Positions 24,021 through 38,096 of a stretch of DNA of 64,000 bases are shown here, one piece after another. The DNA lies in assembly GCA_044892525.1 (NCBI GenBank), contig CM097885.1, positions 34,040,001 through 34,104,000 on the forward strand, in the 5' to 3' direction. This DNA comes from Schmidtea polychroa. Its lineage: Eukaryota. The notes beneath the pieces are model-generated. The model was given only the letters and a program-made list of their open reading frames with translations, made no database searches and was not told the origin of the DNA. Position 1 is the first letter of the stretch; the number at the start of each line of letters is the position of its first letter. Made by a program: the position numbers and the translations under genes.

Positions 24021-27000
24021 TAGGGTTGTTAAACGAAAATCGGAAATCCGATTTTCGATTTTGAAAACGATTATCGGTTTCTTTATTTCACAAAACGATA
24101 ATCGGTTTTGTTTGTCTTTTACATATTATACAGATAAATTGAATGCCGGGAATTTAATTTTGTTCATTGTTTACTACTGTATCCATTCAATTTTACCGAC
24201 AGAAAGGGGCAGTTTTTTTCAACTCGTCAAAACTCCTTACAACGTGTTTGTACATGAGTCAATCTTTTCAATTATCCCATTCCTGTAACAACGGCAAGAG
24301 GTTGCTCTAGTATTCCAACATATCTCACCGACTGACCAGTTATTTGTCAGTTGATGTCCGTAATCGGCAACCGCTGATTTGTTTTATACAGCCCCTGACA
24401 GGTACTGTGCCCATTAAATCTTTTAATCGGGACCAGCTGAGGCCAAGGTTGTGGTTGTGTGTTTTAGTATTTGCATTTTGCCGGTTTTGTTTGGCAACCT
24501 GATATTTGTTGCCGAAATCGGCCACCAAAGATTTGATTACTGCAGTCCATAACAGAAGCTTAGCTATTAACCCCCTTGACAGGGACTAGATGTGACCGAG
24601 GTCGGCGATTTTGTGTTTAGTCCGTGAAGGTCTATTTTGCAATCTGATATCTTGCATCTGCGAACCGGTTAAAAGTTTATTCTGGTTTTAACTTAAAACC
24701 AGAATAAACTGAATTGCATACCGCATCATCTTCATGAAAGCCAGATGTAAAGAGATCGAAAGACATGTGCCATTCCTCGAATCATAATGTTTGGTTGTTT
24801 ACCCATTGAAATATGGAAGAGAGTTGGACACTAGGACAAACTTCAAGTTTGGGTGACGACCATTGTCAAATTTATTCAGTTTGTTGATCTTTTGACAATG
24901 TCTAAGAGGCTGCTCAGGTCGAAGTAAATTGATTTTCGGGATTTTAATTTATGACAAGATTTTGGAAAGTCCAATCCATGGTTCAAATCTACTATAAACA
25001 TATAAACTGTTATATAATTTCCATTCATTCAGTTAGTTGCTCTTGTAGTAGCTGTTATTAATCCATATAATTGAAAATTGCGGTTTAGTTTGAATATTAC
25101 GTAATATTCAATAAACATTTTTTATATTATCTAAATCAATACAAAATCAGTTTAAATTTATGGGTTTCCGTTTAAATAAGTCTGACGTCTGGGACAATTT
25201 TGATAAAATTTCGGCGACGATGGCACAATGTAAGCTCTGTGCACAGCAAATAAGTAGGAGTGGAGGTACTACGACTGGTTTGCATGCACATTTGCGTAGC
25301 AAACGTGGTGGATTAACAACATCTTCAAATACTCAAACACGATTGACTGCATTGATTACAACACAAAGAAATTGTCCGAGTAGTAAACAGGAAAAAATTA
25401 CGGCTGCTGTTGCGAGATTGATTTCCGAAAATATGTTGGCAATTTCGCTCGTGGAATCGAAATCCTTCCGTGAATTGATGGCGATAGTGGAGCCAGGATA
25501 TCGTCCTCCGTGTCGTCAGACGATGACAGCACGACTAACAGCAATGAAAAATAATTTAGTGGTCAAAATGTCGAAATATATCCATGAAAATGTCAAGGAC
25601 ATTGCGATCACTACCGACATCTGGACTAGTGTCACCAATGAAGCTTATCTCAGTTTTACTGCAAGCTACATTGATACAGACTGGAATATGATGACGCCTG
25701 TTCTTGGAACAATTCTGATGACTCAACGCCACACACAAGCCGTCATTGCTGACCATCTATGTAGTATAGCTGATGAATGGTCAATAATAGAAAAAATTGT
25801 TGCATGTGTCCATGATGGTGCATCCAACATCAATCATGCAGGCAATCTCAATGGATGGTTTGACGTTCACTGTGCGGCGCATAAATTGCAACTTTGCATC
25901 AATAATGCAATGGGCTCCCATGTTGTCACGGATCATCAAATTTCCAAATGTATATCAGCTGCAGCACGACTAGTCGGACATTTCTCACATAGCCCAATGG
26001 CAACGGGGGAGCTCCTGAAAAGACAGTTGTCCATGGACAAGGATAAAACGCCACTAAAACTTATTCAGCACTGTAAGACTCGTTGGAACAGCGTCTATGA
26101 CATGTTTGAACGACTAGTAGAACTGAGATGGCCAGTAGTTGCAGTATTGAGCGACAAAAACGTGGTGAAATTGAACGATGCCAAAACGTTGGGTATGAAG
26201 GACGATTATTGGCAACTGATGACTGAATTGCTCCCTGTTTTAAAAGCGTTGCAGATCGTGACGTCCGTCATGTCAGCCGAAAGCCAGCCATCAGCCTCTT
26301 GTGTTTTTCCCATGTTATGGGGACTCGTGAAAAATCATTTAACCATTAAAGAAGAAGATTCTGACATTATGGGTGAATTTAAGAGAGATCTTGCTAAGAA
26401 TATTTCACGTCGTTTTGGATTAGAAAATAATGAAACAGCAAAAAACGAATGCGTTGTTGCATCAATTCTCGATCCGATGTATAAGCATCTTCCTGGATTT
26501 CCGGACGATTTCAAAAAGCTGGCGTATGAAAATGTCCGTCATCTCATCAGACAGCTGCCAGATTGCCCCGAACAGCCGAAGACGAGTCGGGATGAAGATA
26601 ACATGATCCCACCAACTAAAAGATCACGACCAAATCATGATGCAGTTATGTTTCTCCTTGGTGATAGTGCAGCACAACAGGCGCCAGAGGAATCCGACTT
26701 TGAATATTACGTCAAATCATCATGGTCGACAAACTCAAGTGAAACAGCCCTGGAGTGGTGGAAACATAATATGAAACTTTTCCCCAAAACAGCTATTCTT
26801 GCCCGGAAGTTCTTATGCATTCCTGCAACCTCAGTGCAATCGGAACGATTATTTTCGGCCACTGGACGTCTGATAACCAAGCTTCGTAACCGGCTCCTTC
26901 CAGATCATGCAGAATCTTTGGTCTTTTTGAATATGAACCAGGACTTGTCTGATATTTAAAAATAAAATCGAATTTAGTACTTACTTTTAAATGTTTACAC

Positions 27001-27360
27001 TTTGGAATCTTTGTTTTTGATATCTATGGTTTCGATATGTTTATGTTTAATTTTAAAATAAGGCCGCCGCAGCACCGGAAAGTTTTATTTTGATTTATAC
27101 TTTAGTATATACAGGGAAAATTACCGAAGAAATTGAAAACAAATTTACTTATATGCTTTAACTTTTTACATAAACAGTCAGTTCATATTCTCCTTGTGTG
27201 TGGTATAAACTTTGAATAAAACTAATTATACTATACACGTGCGTGAATAGTAATAATGTAAGTAGCTTTGGTTATGCAAAGTGCAAACGATAATCGGTTT
27301 AAAATCGGATTTATACAAACGATAATCGGATTGCTCGAAAAACCGATATTAACAACCCTA
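24021..27360 (+). mobile_element. Full-length hAT transposon (Ac/ZBED1-like)
   Basis: Perfect 12-bp TIRs TAGGGTTGTTAA; exact 8-bp TSD GTTTTGAT at 24013-24020 and 27361-27368; AACGAT(A/T)ATCGG subterminal repeats at both ends. Confidence 0.97.
25160..26959 (+). CDS. hAT transposase, 599 aa, uninterrupted
   Basis: BED-like VW..F...CKLC, TTDIW, HDGASN, CAAH, TRWNS and ATSVQSERLFS in the dimerisation domain. Confidence 0.95.
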   Translation: MGFRLNKSDVWDNFDKISATMAQCKLCAQQISRSGGTTTGLHAHLRSKRGGLTTSSNTQTRLTALITTQRNCPSSKQEKITAAVARLISENMLAISLVESKSFRELMAIVEPGYRPPCRQTMTARLTAMKNNLVVKMSKYIHENVKDIAITTDIWTSVTNEAYLSFTASYIDTDWNMMTPVLGTILMTQRHTQAVIADHLCSIADEWSIIEKIVACVHDGASNINHAGNLNGWFDVHCAAHKLQLCINNAMGSHVVTDHQISKCISAAARLVGHFSHSPMATGELLKRQLSMDKDKTPLKLIQHCKTRWNSVYDMFERLVELRWPVVAVLSDKNVVKLNDAKTLGMKDDYWQLMTELLPVLKALQIVTSVMSAESQPSASCVFPMLWGLVKNHLTIKEEDSDIMGEFKRDLAKNISRRFGLENNETAKNECVVASILDPMYKHLPGFPDDFKKLAYENVRHLIRQLPDCPEQPKTSRDEDNMIPPTKRSRPNHDAVMFLLGDSAAQQAPEESDFEYYVKSSWSTNSSETALEWWKHNMKLFPKTAILARKFLCIPATSVQSERLFSATGRLITKLRNRLLPDHAESLVFLNMNQDLSDI

Positions 27361-27472
27361 GTTTTGATCCATTGAAGTTATTTTAAGATAATTAAAATTA
27401 GTTATCAACTTATGACCGATCGACTTTACCACCATAAATTTTGCATTATTTTTCTTATTATTTTTGAATTAA

Positions 27473-27620
27473 AAGAACACTTTTCAATTTTCGAAACTGA
27501 TTACTTTTCAATTGACATTGTATTTATTTAATTAAGCTTGACTATGAATTAGTAAAGATTTAAAAAAACATCGATATCTTTACTGATTCATAGTCAAGTT
27601 TTTTAAGAAATACAATATTA
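27473..27620. repeat. Fold-back MITE-like repeat (relatives at ~32680-32812, ~44825-44950 and ~48134-48360)
   Basis: Hairpin CTTGACTATGAATTAGTAAAGAT...ATCTTTACTGATTCATAGTCAAG; the same motif recurs three more times in the window. Confidence 0.75.
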
Positions 27621-30600
27621 TTTTTGCACCTATATCTTGTATTTCTATTTATGTTTTACAAATATTCCATATCCATTGTAAAATCAAGGGTTTGATTTTA
27701 ACTTTTTTAAAAATAAATTAAAAACCATATTTCAATAAATTTTTCAAATTGTGAAAAAGAGAAATTAAAATGAAACAGAATACTATCTGAAAATAGTAAA
27801 ACTATTACTGTATGAAAATGATATAAAATATTAAAATTATACTTTTTAAAAAATAATGTGTTGTTTTAATATTATTTGTGTAATTTAATAGAATTTGAAA
27901 AAGATTGAAAATGTTATTACTAACAACCATACTATAAGAAAATTTGTCAATTCAATAACAAGCAAAGAGAAAAGACAGTTAATTTTAGATTAATCAACTA
28001 AAGAGTCTAGAGATTTTTAAATTTCAAGATCAGAACATTTAATTGAAGAAGTACTTTGATATCGACGATTGACTAGAAATGAATGATCTAAGCTTTAATG
28101 AAATTTTTGATTTATTGCTGACTGTTAAATCTAATATTCTATGAAACGATTACAGAAAGATGGGCATAATTAATGAATATACAAGAAGCTTGTTTATCGA
28201 TACTTTTAAGTCACAGAAATCGATTGTCTATAAAATTATGAATTATATCATGTAAAACAAGAACATTGAATTGAGACTGATACAATTTTAGATGACGCTG
28301 ATTATGGAATCACGAGGGAGACATAAACATCGAAATGCTATGGCACGCTAAAGCATCAGTTAGTAATAAGCTAGAGAGTAAGAAAATGACCATTACTAAA
28401 AAACAAAGTTTCTTTTTGCTTGGTGTGTTTTCAAAGTAAAATGTAATTATGATAAGTGTAATCTTAGAGGCTGATTGCATTTAAATAGGTTACTATTGTC
28501 ATTAGTTTCTGTAACATTAAGTGATTGATATTAGAAGGATTAAGTTTTAAAAACGTGGCTTATCTAGAACATGATGAAGAGTTAGAAAAATCTGTACATT
28601 TATTGAGATTTCGAATGCTATTCAAATAATAGAAAGTGGTTTGGAAATTGAAGAACCATCAAAACCATTCGGACTCGAAAGTAGAACATTGATGGTGAAA
28701 TTGCTGTACAGATAAAAGTCTTCACTGGGAGTTCATAAATCAAAGCTAATGAAGCAATTAAAAAAGGTTGATTTTGTGAAAAAGCCATATTCATATTTTT
28801 TGAGTAACCCCATTTTGAATAAATTAGTCACATACATTTTTCTATTTACAATTAGTGATTTGAACTTTAAAAATCAAAGAAATTCAGTTAAGTTGGTTCT
28901 CAGAAGCTTCTGTCTAAATTTATTTTCGGTTTTCAGTTATTTTTATTATGGCTGTCATGTCAATCACAGTATGTGGATATTTTAGAATTTTATACATAGT
29001 TTGTGCATAAAAACAACTGATTGTTGCTATGATACTTTTCTAATATTTTGTAGCACCGAGTAATTATTTGTGCCACCTATAAAGTTTACAACCAATTGAA
29101 GTTCTTTGCTTTTGATATTTGGGTGTTATTTTTAATACAAAATAATTCTGTTTCAAACTGTTGTGTAATTGAAAAATACTTTTAAGCATTTGGTATAAAA
29201 ATTTACAATTTTTAACAGTATTTAATTACTCCTGATGCCTGAGTTTGGTTTTACTTTTAAACGTGACGGAACTCAAAACCCTCTATGAACCCAGAAAATG
29301 TTAAACACGAGTTGAATATTTTGAAACAAAACAGTCTCGATTTATACCATTTAGAACTTTTCCGAAAGTCGGGGTTTCAGAAACACAAAAACACATTGAT
29401 AAAAATTTGATAAAACCATGGAAGTTGGTTTGTGGAATGCAATGTCACAAAGAATTGAAAAAATATTTTAAAAAAATACTTTCAAATGATGCGATTCACC
29501 CACGAATTCAAGACACATCTGCTGACATCCTCGAACAAGTGTTGAATAAGTTGAAACTCACTATTGATCATAAATTAGGATGAATATACAAATGTATTGA
29601 GTGCAGCCATCAACTGTTTTTCTATGATATGAAAACAAAGGTTCAATTAAAGAAGAATTATTTTTTGCAAACCGTTTGTAATTACTATAAAGGGCGTGGA
29701 TGTTTTCAATTTCAATCCTTTGTAGGCTATGATTTCTCTGGCTGGATTAAAATCGGGGTACAATTTGTAGTTTCGGGACGAAGCAATGTCTGGAAACAGG
29801 TTTTCGGATTTTCGTCGTTCACTGCATGCACTGGCATTTAAAATTCTACCCAAAAATTTAAAAGAAATAATGTCGACTTGAACAAAGGTTGTCAATTTCA
29901 TTTGAAATAGTGTTACAAATCATAGACTTTTCAAAAATCTCTGTCAAGAACTTGGGTACACAACATTTTATTTCATAATATAGATAAATTCCCAGACTGG
30001 CATGAGTCTTTGAGAGGTTTCTGTGTTTTTACAAGAAAAAGACAGCATCCACTTAAAATGTGTCTCGACTATTTTACAGATATTATTTGATTGAAATCGG
30101 TTGTCAGATTTATTCGGAATTTAAGTTTTTATTTTTATTGTAAGGTGTTTTCAGTTGAGAATTAAATATTTCAAATATTTTATTAAAATAATTAAAAATA
30201 AATTGAAATAGTAAATAATAAAATTATAAAGTGATGATTACTTGGTAGCAGCATTATAAATTTAAAAACAATTAAATGATAATTTTAGCCTTTTGATGCT
30301 TAAATTATTATTTAACAATAAAATTGTTAAAATCACAACTGCATTTTTTGACATACTTAAATATGACCGCCCTATAAAATAAATGAAAATAAACGAAATC
30401 ATATACGTTGATGCTATAGACATGAAAAAAAATCTTTAATTAATTGTTAAAATGATCTGCTGATTTCATTTAAACAAATACCGAATGAAATAGGAAATAT
30501 GTCAAATAAATCACAGACATTTTGATCAATTTTTTTAATCAAAAATTAAATTCTTTGGTCTACTAATTAGATTTTATCATTCTTAAAATAAAATGATTTT

Positions 30601-30899
30601 AGACATTTTTTGTTTTGAGTTTAATTGAAATAGATTATTTAAAATAATTTTTATTTTATTATTTTTCGTTTTGATAGGAAAGGAAAGTTTTATACTTGGT
30701 AATGTAAAGTTATATTTTTCATTAAATTTACATTTTTATAAATATGTTTTAATTATTTACTGATAATAATATTTTAAATGAAATGAGATCGGCGTGTTTA
30801 TCATGAAATATCGTATATTCTATTAAAATAAGTGTTCCCTAAAGCATAACTTAAAACCCTGTTGATAAAATGTGTAAAAGTAAAATTAGTTCTTTCATA

Positions 30900-31300
30900 A
30901 TAAGTAGGTAAAAGTAATTTCCCGCCGACACCCCTCCGCTGTCGTCAGTCGGTGGGAAGCAACAAGATGTTAAGTCAATGTAAAGATCACTCTATAATGA
31001 GGTCTATCTGGGTCTCAAGGTTTTTGTTTAGGAAATTACAATCTAAGACTTACTTGAACTAGATTTTGGACCTCACTCTCTCAAAAGTTATCACTAGAGA
31101 GTTTTTATTGGTCTAATTGAGATTTATTTTAATAACAATCCACTAGAAATTTTTATGGTAGATTGATGATTTTGATAAGTGTGAATTGCCAACGAATTTA
31201 TATTGGATTTTCTGAATACTTTGAACAATAAACCAATCAAAATTTAGAATTAATTTATATTAAGATGTGTCCAATTTAGGACAATACCCCTCCCCTTGAT
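30900..31300 (-). mobile_element. Possible LTR fragment preceded by a polypurine tract
   Basis: Minus strand reads AAGGGGAGGGGTAT then TGTCC from 31283, resembling a PPT/3'-LTR junction; other boundary uncertain. Confidence 0.4.
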
Positions 31301-31444
31301 GAGGAAACAATATTAACCAAAAAAAATTTTGTCAATATTTTTATGTAGTTCAACTCGAAAATTAAAAATTTTTACGGTTTTTGAAAGTTTAATAAAGAAA
31401 TTTTTCACAGCTTTTATGTAAGTCAATTCATTTTCAATGAATTT

Positions 31445-32392
31445 TGTTGAGGATACCTAAATGATAAATAACATAATAAATAAATAAATTACCTGAGGGG
31501 AAGATCGCCATGACAAAAGGGACTATCTATGGGAACTCAGAAAAGAAAACGGAAATAAAAAGAAATTAAAAATGAGAAAGATAAATTAAAGAAAAGAAAA
31601 CAAACAAGAAATTAAAACAAAGGTCATTGTTAATTAAGAAATACAAATGAAGGTGGGATTTCAAATTCCATAAAAACAAAATAGGGGAAAAAGCCGTATC
31701 TTGACAGCTTGTCAAAGATAGCGAAATTGTCGGGAGAAGGCGGCTTAACAAAAATGGAAAATGGAAAAATATCTTGATACCTGTCAGAGATAAGGCTGAC
31801 GTAGAGAAAAAGGAAAATGGAAAACTGAATCTGTCGCCAGTGCCACCAATGTAACAGACTATATAAAGAAGCGTAGTTGTCCGAAAAATCAGAATAAAAA
31901 CAGAACAAAATTAGGAACAAAAACAGAACAAAAGTAGAACAGAAATAGAACGAAATTAGAGACAAAGAGGTTAAAAAGGAGAATCAAAGGTAGAATTTCA
32001 AGGAACATTTAAAGAGAAAATTAAACAGAGTTCAGATCAGAGTGAAACGAGAAGTGACGAATCTTTTGTAAAATTTGAAATAAAGTGGAAGTGGAGTAAA
32101 TAAATTGTGTTGTCAAAGCAAATAGAACAATCGATCAACGTACCCTGCAGTCGAGTAGTTGACAGCTAGTGATTATTGTTGTGATTACAGAAAGAGCTAT
32201 TCTTCACATAGTGTCCAAATAAGCTTTGTGTGATAAATTGGTTTATAGTTAGTTGGTTGTAATTGAAATTTGTACAATCCCGTGTGGATATTAATAAAGT
32301 TTATCGTTGTTCGAGAGCGTTGAATTTTGAATTAATAAACAGGCTTTGGAGTCAGAATTTACAAACATTGTCACCAACTCAATAATCCAACA
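31445..32392 (+). mobile_element. Solo LTR (Gypsy-type)
   Basis: TGTTG...CAACA termini, 4-bp TSD ATTT on both sides, AATAAA near the 3' end. Confidence 0.85.
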
Positions 32393-32966
32393 ATTTCATG
32401 AAATGTTTTTAAGTATTTATGTAGGTCACACCGACACACAACCTCATAAAAACTTGTGTCTCCTCCTGGACAGTCCATATAATTATAAAAAAAGTAGTCC
32501 ATAGAAATTTAATAAATAAATAAGTAGATCATATAGTTTTAATGATACATAAGTAGGTATTGTAGATTTAATAAATAAATAAGTAAGTCATATACACACA
32601 TACTATATAGTTTGAATAAATATTCTAACCCAAAGTCGGTCAAATAATAAAAAATGTAAAAATATATAAAATATGAAATATTTATTAAAAAGCTTGACTA
32701 TGAATCAGTAAATACATCGATGTTTTTGATATATTTACTGGTTCATAGTCAAGCATTTTAATAAATACAATGGAAAAGAAATGAGTGGTGAAATTTGAAA
32801 AAAGTTCTTATAATAATATGAAATATATAAATATAACTATAGTTCAACCACTTAAAAATAGACAAACTTTGCGAAAAAAGATGTAGTTTAATTAGACTTT
32901 AAAGTAGGCACCAACTAAATGAGAGTTTCTGACACAATGTATTTCAGCAATCAATAGCTCATTTCG

Positions 32967-33082
<116 letters not shown>

Positions 33083-33339
33083 GTTGGGCTAGAATTGATT
33101 TCTAAACCCAAAGTTAGGAAGGTACGAAATTACGAAATGTGTCAGTACACAACACGCATACCCAGCATTAAGTTTACTTAATTAATATATAAAAATACCA
33201 AGTAAACAGTGATAATAGAGAAATAATTTACCCAAAAATAAAACATCTGAATTAAAAGTAAAATAAAACACGACCGAGAAGTGTCACACGAAAACTTACT
33301 CAAATATAACTGAAAGACATAAAACAATAAAAACAAATA

Positions 33340-35592
33340 AATTAATATATCGTTCAGATAAACCATTACCCTGTGTTTCAATAAATCCTTTAATATCTTC
33401 GTCATGAGCTCTTGAAATGTTCCTGGTGCTGCCACGATCCACAACGGTATTCGGTTGAAACAGAATTGCCCCTCTTTCGTTGAAAAATCTGTTTTCTTCT
33501 GTGATTCTCTATCCAGCTTTACCTGATAGCATGCGTTTCCAAGGTCAATAGAACTAAAATATCTAGTCCCATGCTAAGCATCTAAGATCTCGTCGACGTT
33601 GGGCATCGGGAACGCTTGCCTTTCAGTAATTTTGTTATTTTGTTAAGTTGTCTAAAGTCCAAATAGAGCCTGATATCCTTCTTTTCCTTTTTCCAAACGC
33701 ACACTAAAGGGGTATTCCAAGGTAAATTACACTTACTTATAACATTATTATCTTCCAGATTTTTAATGGCCATGTTTATTTTCTCTTCCTAGTTTATAGG
33801 CTGTCTTCTCGTCTTTATCATTATTGGTCCGCCAGTTGTTTCAATTTTATGTTCAATTTAATCAGTACATCCATCCTACATTGTCAGCCATGAAAACACA
33901 TTTATTTCTCTTGATAATTTCTACAAGTAATTTATCTTCTTTTACTTTCAACTTCTCTATCGCATGTTGGAATCTTTATTCATTTGTAATATTCCTTCCA
34001 AATTTAACATCAATTTCACATATACATTAGTTAAATATCATTTCATCTTCTTGAATCTATCTTAATTTAATACAGAATTGTTTATATAATTCTACAACCC
34101 CAATAACATCTGGGATAATGTTTTGTATGACGGTAAAGGTCACTATTTTTGTTAGCTTCCCTATCTTTACATCAATTTGAATTTTACCTATAGTCTCCAA
34201 TTTACTGTCATTTGCACACTTTAGCATTTCATCTGTTTTTATTATCTGGACTTTGTCCAATTTATCCAGTACTGCTTTAGACATTACATTAATTCATGCT
34301 CCTGTATCTAACAGACACTCGATTCCGCGCCCCTGAATTTCAAGTGTTATACTTGGTCTATCTTGCATTTTATGATAAGGCATATGTGGTCCTTTTCATT
34401 CGTCTTTCGTAAATATATTTGTTCCACTTTGTTCTTTATACTATCGGAAATTTCATTAATCCACATAATCTTATCTTCATTCATATCAAATGACTTTTTT
34501 ATGAAACTATATACTCTTTTTCCTGTTCTTTAATCGCTACACATAATTTTGCTGATTTCATTTCCGTGATCTATACTGCTACTTTTATAAACATTAAAAT
34601 TAGCTTTATTATCCATATTATTACATAAATCTTTACTAACAAAATTAAAATTATTTACATTATTCAAATTATTTACATTATTTTCATCAAAATCAAAATG
34701 ACCCAATAAATGGCTCCGATCATTGTCTCCTGTGATGGAGCTTCCTCGTTTGGGTATTGCATTTCGTCGTATTTCTCTTCGGCTTCATTTGAATAATTCA
34801 TTTGATAGTTTGCATCTTGATTTCCAATTGTTGCTACCTCTCTTCTGTTATACTGATTGTTCTGTTAAAATCGGTCCCCTTTATTAAGGTATGCTGCATT
34901 ATTTCTTCCGTAATGATTCATTTTCGGCTTAAATCTTTCTAAGTTTGTATAGAATTCAGTTTCTTTGTGACCTCGTAGATAACATCTCCTACACTGGGCA
35001 TTCTCGGCAAACGTGTCCATATAATCCACATCCAAAACACTGAATCCTCTTCTTCATAGTACATTCTTGGCTTAAATGGCCTGGATTTTGGCATGTCCAG
35101 CATACGACGTTCTTTGTCGCTTACAACGGTTTTGACATCAGCATTGCATTTGTCTGTGCGGGCTTTTGAACGGCATCTCTGTAGCTTTTGACAGATTTCA
35201 TATATGTAATAGGTCGGATGGAGTTGACATGGTTTATAGCTTTATTCACTTTCTTCTATTTTTGTGCTTTTAATTTCTTCTGACGTCTTTAGTTCTTGCA
35301 TTTCTATTTCCTTTTTAACTTTTTTCCCATTCATGAGCAGGCATTTTTTAATTTCTACTTCGTTCCATTCTTGTCGTAGTAATCTTTTGGTTAATTTCTC
35401 TACTTTTTCGATAAAGCGGTCTGCTGAATCCGATCCTTGTTCATAATTTAGAGCTTCCTTTAAGTCTTCGAATAATGATTTTGGCCTCGAAAAAGCTGAT
35501 CTGAGCTTCTCTTCGAATGTTTTTCCTTCTGCTTTTTCATTGTCATCGTATAATAGTTTATCCAACAGTGTGGTAACCAGAATCATCTGCAT
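33340..35592 (-). pseudogene. Ty3/Gypsy gag-protease-RT relic
   Basis: Zinc knuckles CWTCQNPGHLSQEC, CFGCGLYGHVCREC and CRRCYLRGH; protease CLLDTGA; RT WNTPLV..KK..IRLYLDFRQLN, SIDL, APGTFQ, VYLNDILI; stops and frameshifts. Confidence 0.92.
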
Positions 35593-37117
35593 CTTGACAG
35601 ATGTTTTCGTAATATTAAAAATATCTTTATGTAATTTATGTAATTTGATAAATACAATTTAAATGTTTACTAGCAATTTTCCTTTTTATCTTAAACGTGA
35701 ATTTTTCCCTTTCAATTACAAAGTTCAGGATAAATCATTATTAAAAGTGCAATGAATATTATAAAAAAAATATATTTAATTATTACAGTAGAAGAGTAAT
35801 TAATTAAAAACGTGTTTCTACTATATAAAATCAATATTATATATATTCCGTGCGTATAGGCCCTGAAATAAAATTATAACAATAAATATAATATTAAATA
35901 TTACACAACATAATATATAAACATCTGTTAAAAAAATATAGTGTTATTATTCCGTGCGTATAGACCGGAAATAAATTTATTTATTTTTATGAAAATTTCG
36001 ACAGCAAAAAATAATATAAAAATTCAGTTGAATTGCCCAAAAATTTGCGTTTTAACAAATTAATTAAAGGTAAATCCGCCGAATAACTTAAAACCAAGAG
36101 CAGACAGAAACGCTCTACATCTTTTGAAAATTGCAGTAACTAAAACATAGGAAGCACGATATAACAGTTTCACAAAAACATATAAGTACAAGCATCGTAT
36201 TTTCGAAGAATTGAATTGATCAACCAAACGTATATTTACATGTATTTGAAGCATCTATACATTTTAGATTGGTAAATTTTATTATTAAATAAACTTTTAT
36301 AATTAGACTTATCTTTATTTATTTATATAAGAACCAGTAAATTTGAGCATTTCAGATATTGAGACCTCAACACTAACAACAATCTTATATCTTTATAAAA
36401 TCAAAATTCAAGTCCTAAAATATAGTTTTTTCTCTTACTTGATGGTCATTTTAAACATTGTTTCTAAAAATTGCTAAATTAAAAAAAATGATACCATAAA
36501 TGATTTTTACAGTTGGTTTACGTACCAACCGGTATTATAGGTGTTGTTATTCCGTGTAAACGAGTGTATTACAAAATGTATTAATTTTTTATTATAGAAA
36601 TTGTTATCTAGTGGAAACAGATGTAGATCTCAATTTTCGGGTAAATTACAAATAGGCGTTATATATGGAGTTTTTCAGTAAATATTTCACAGTAATTTCA
36701 TTAGTGGTATAAATGTATAGCTTATGGATATAATCTTAAATATTTCATTTTACAGTAGATGTCTTAAATTCATATCCCAATTTTGTATCCATATAACTTT
36801 TGATAACTGAACTTATTAATATTTAATCTTAAGAAACAAAATAAAAAGGAAAGGTTTTAAATTAGATTAATAGAAAATAAAAAATTACAATCAAATTAGT
36901 ACAGCACTCTAAATATCATTATTAAAAATAGATGAACATTAATTGGAAGATAATTAAAATAAATTTAGAGAAAATATCAATTAAAACAAAAATTAGTTGT
37001 TACTTATCTAAATTTTGGACATTAAATTTCAATAAATAATTTACATAAAAAATATCTTTCAAATTATAGGAATTATTTAAATCTTATTTGCAGTGTATAC
37101 CAATCACTGTGTCAGAA

Positions 37118-37278
<161 letters not shown>

Positions 37279-37635
37279 TACATGATCATTTTCGGTGACA
37301 CTTACAAATTCATAGACAATGAATGAATATTTGAGAAGAATATCTTTACTCCACATGGTTATTTGAAATAAATTTTTAACAAAATTAAAGAATTTTATTT
37401 AGAAATACCCTTTAACAAATTCATAAATAATTATTTATAATCTATGTATATTTTTTCGGAAATTCATTAATATTTAGGTTAACACATGATAAATTCTTAG
37501 TAAAAGCATAATCATTTGGATATTATTTAGCAAATAATTCATGGGATATTTATGAATATTTGTTAGAAATGCCTGAGTGTCAGAATATCATTTAATAAAC
37601 TCTTAGTAAAAAAATGGTTATTTTGTTATCATTTA

Positions 37636-37840
37636 CCCTTTCAATTCGATTTTTTTATTTTAATAATTCATGTAATATTTATTGCACACGTGTATAGTGT
37701 TTGTTAGCAACATCTAGACTGACAAGATTTTATAGAAAAAAGCAGGCAGGTTTGAACTTGTTTACGAGCCTTTGACCGTACAGTACTAAAATAGACTATA
37801 AAATTATTTGGGGCAATATGTCTCTACAGTATTGAAAGGG
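37636..37840. mobile_element. Possible piggyBac-type MITE
   Basis: 10-bp TIR CCCTTTCAAT/ATTGAAAGGG flanked by TTTA and TTAA. Confidence 0.45.
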
Positions 37841-38096
37841 TTAAGCAAATACTTACGTAATTTAGTTAGAAGTTCATTGTTATTTTCAAGCAACATTCAG
37901 TAATTCATAGACAATCTACATATATTTGATAGAAAGATAAGGTTATCTAAGTTTTTTTCATATCTTACTTCTTATAAATTGATATAATAAAGATATTCGG
38001 TAGTTATTATTGTTTTATTATTATTATTAATTAATTATTATTACAGGGTTTTGCATTTCTATAATCACATAAAAATTTTTGTCCTAAAAATAATTA

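Noticed and set aside
28200..30000. Possible RNase H-like and Tc1-like (YPDFNPARE) remnants
   Set aside because: Too degenerate to assign or delimit without a profile search.
18206..32392. One large LTR retrotransposon carrying the GPCR between the two LTRs
   Set aside because: The right LTR has its own TSD, the two LTRs are clearly diverged, and I saw no PBS, adjacent PPT or convincing pol gene between them.
35845..36560. Short repeats TATTCCGTG(CGTATAG) at ~35845, ~35949 and ~36548
   Set aside because: Real but short; no TIR/TSD structure could be defined.
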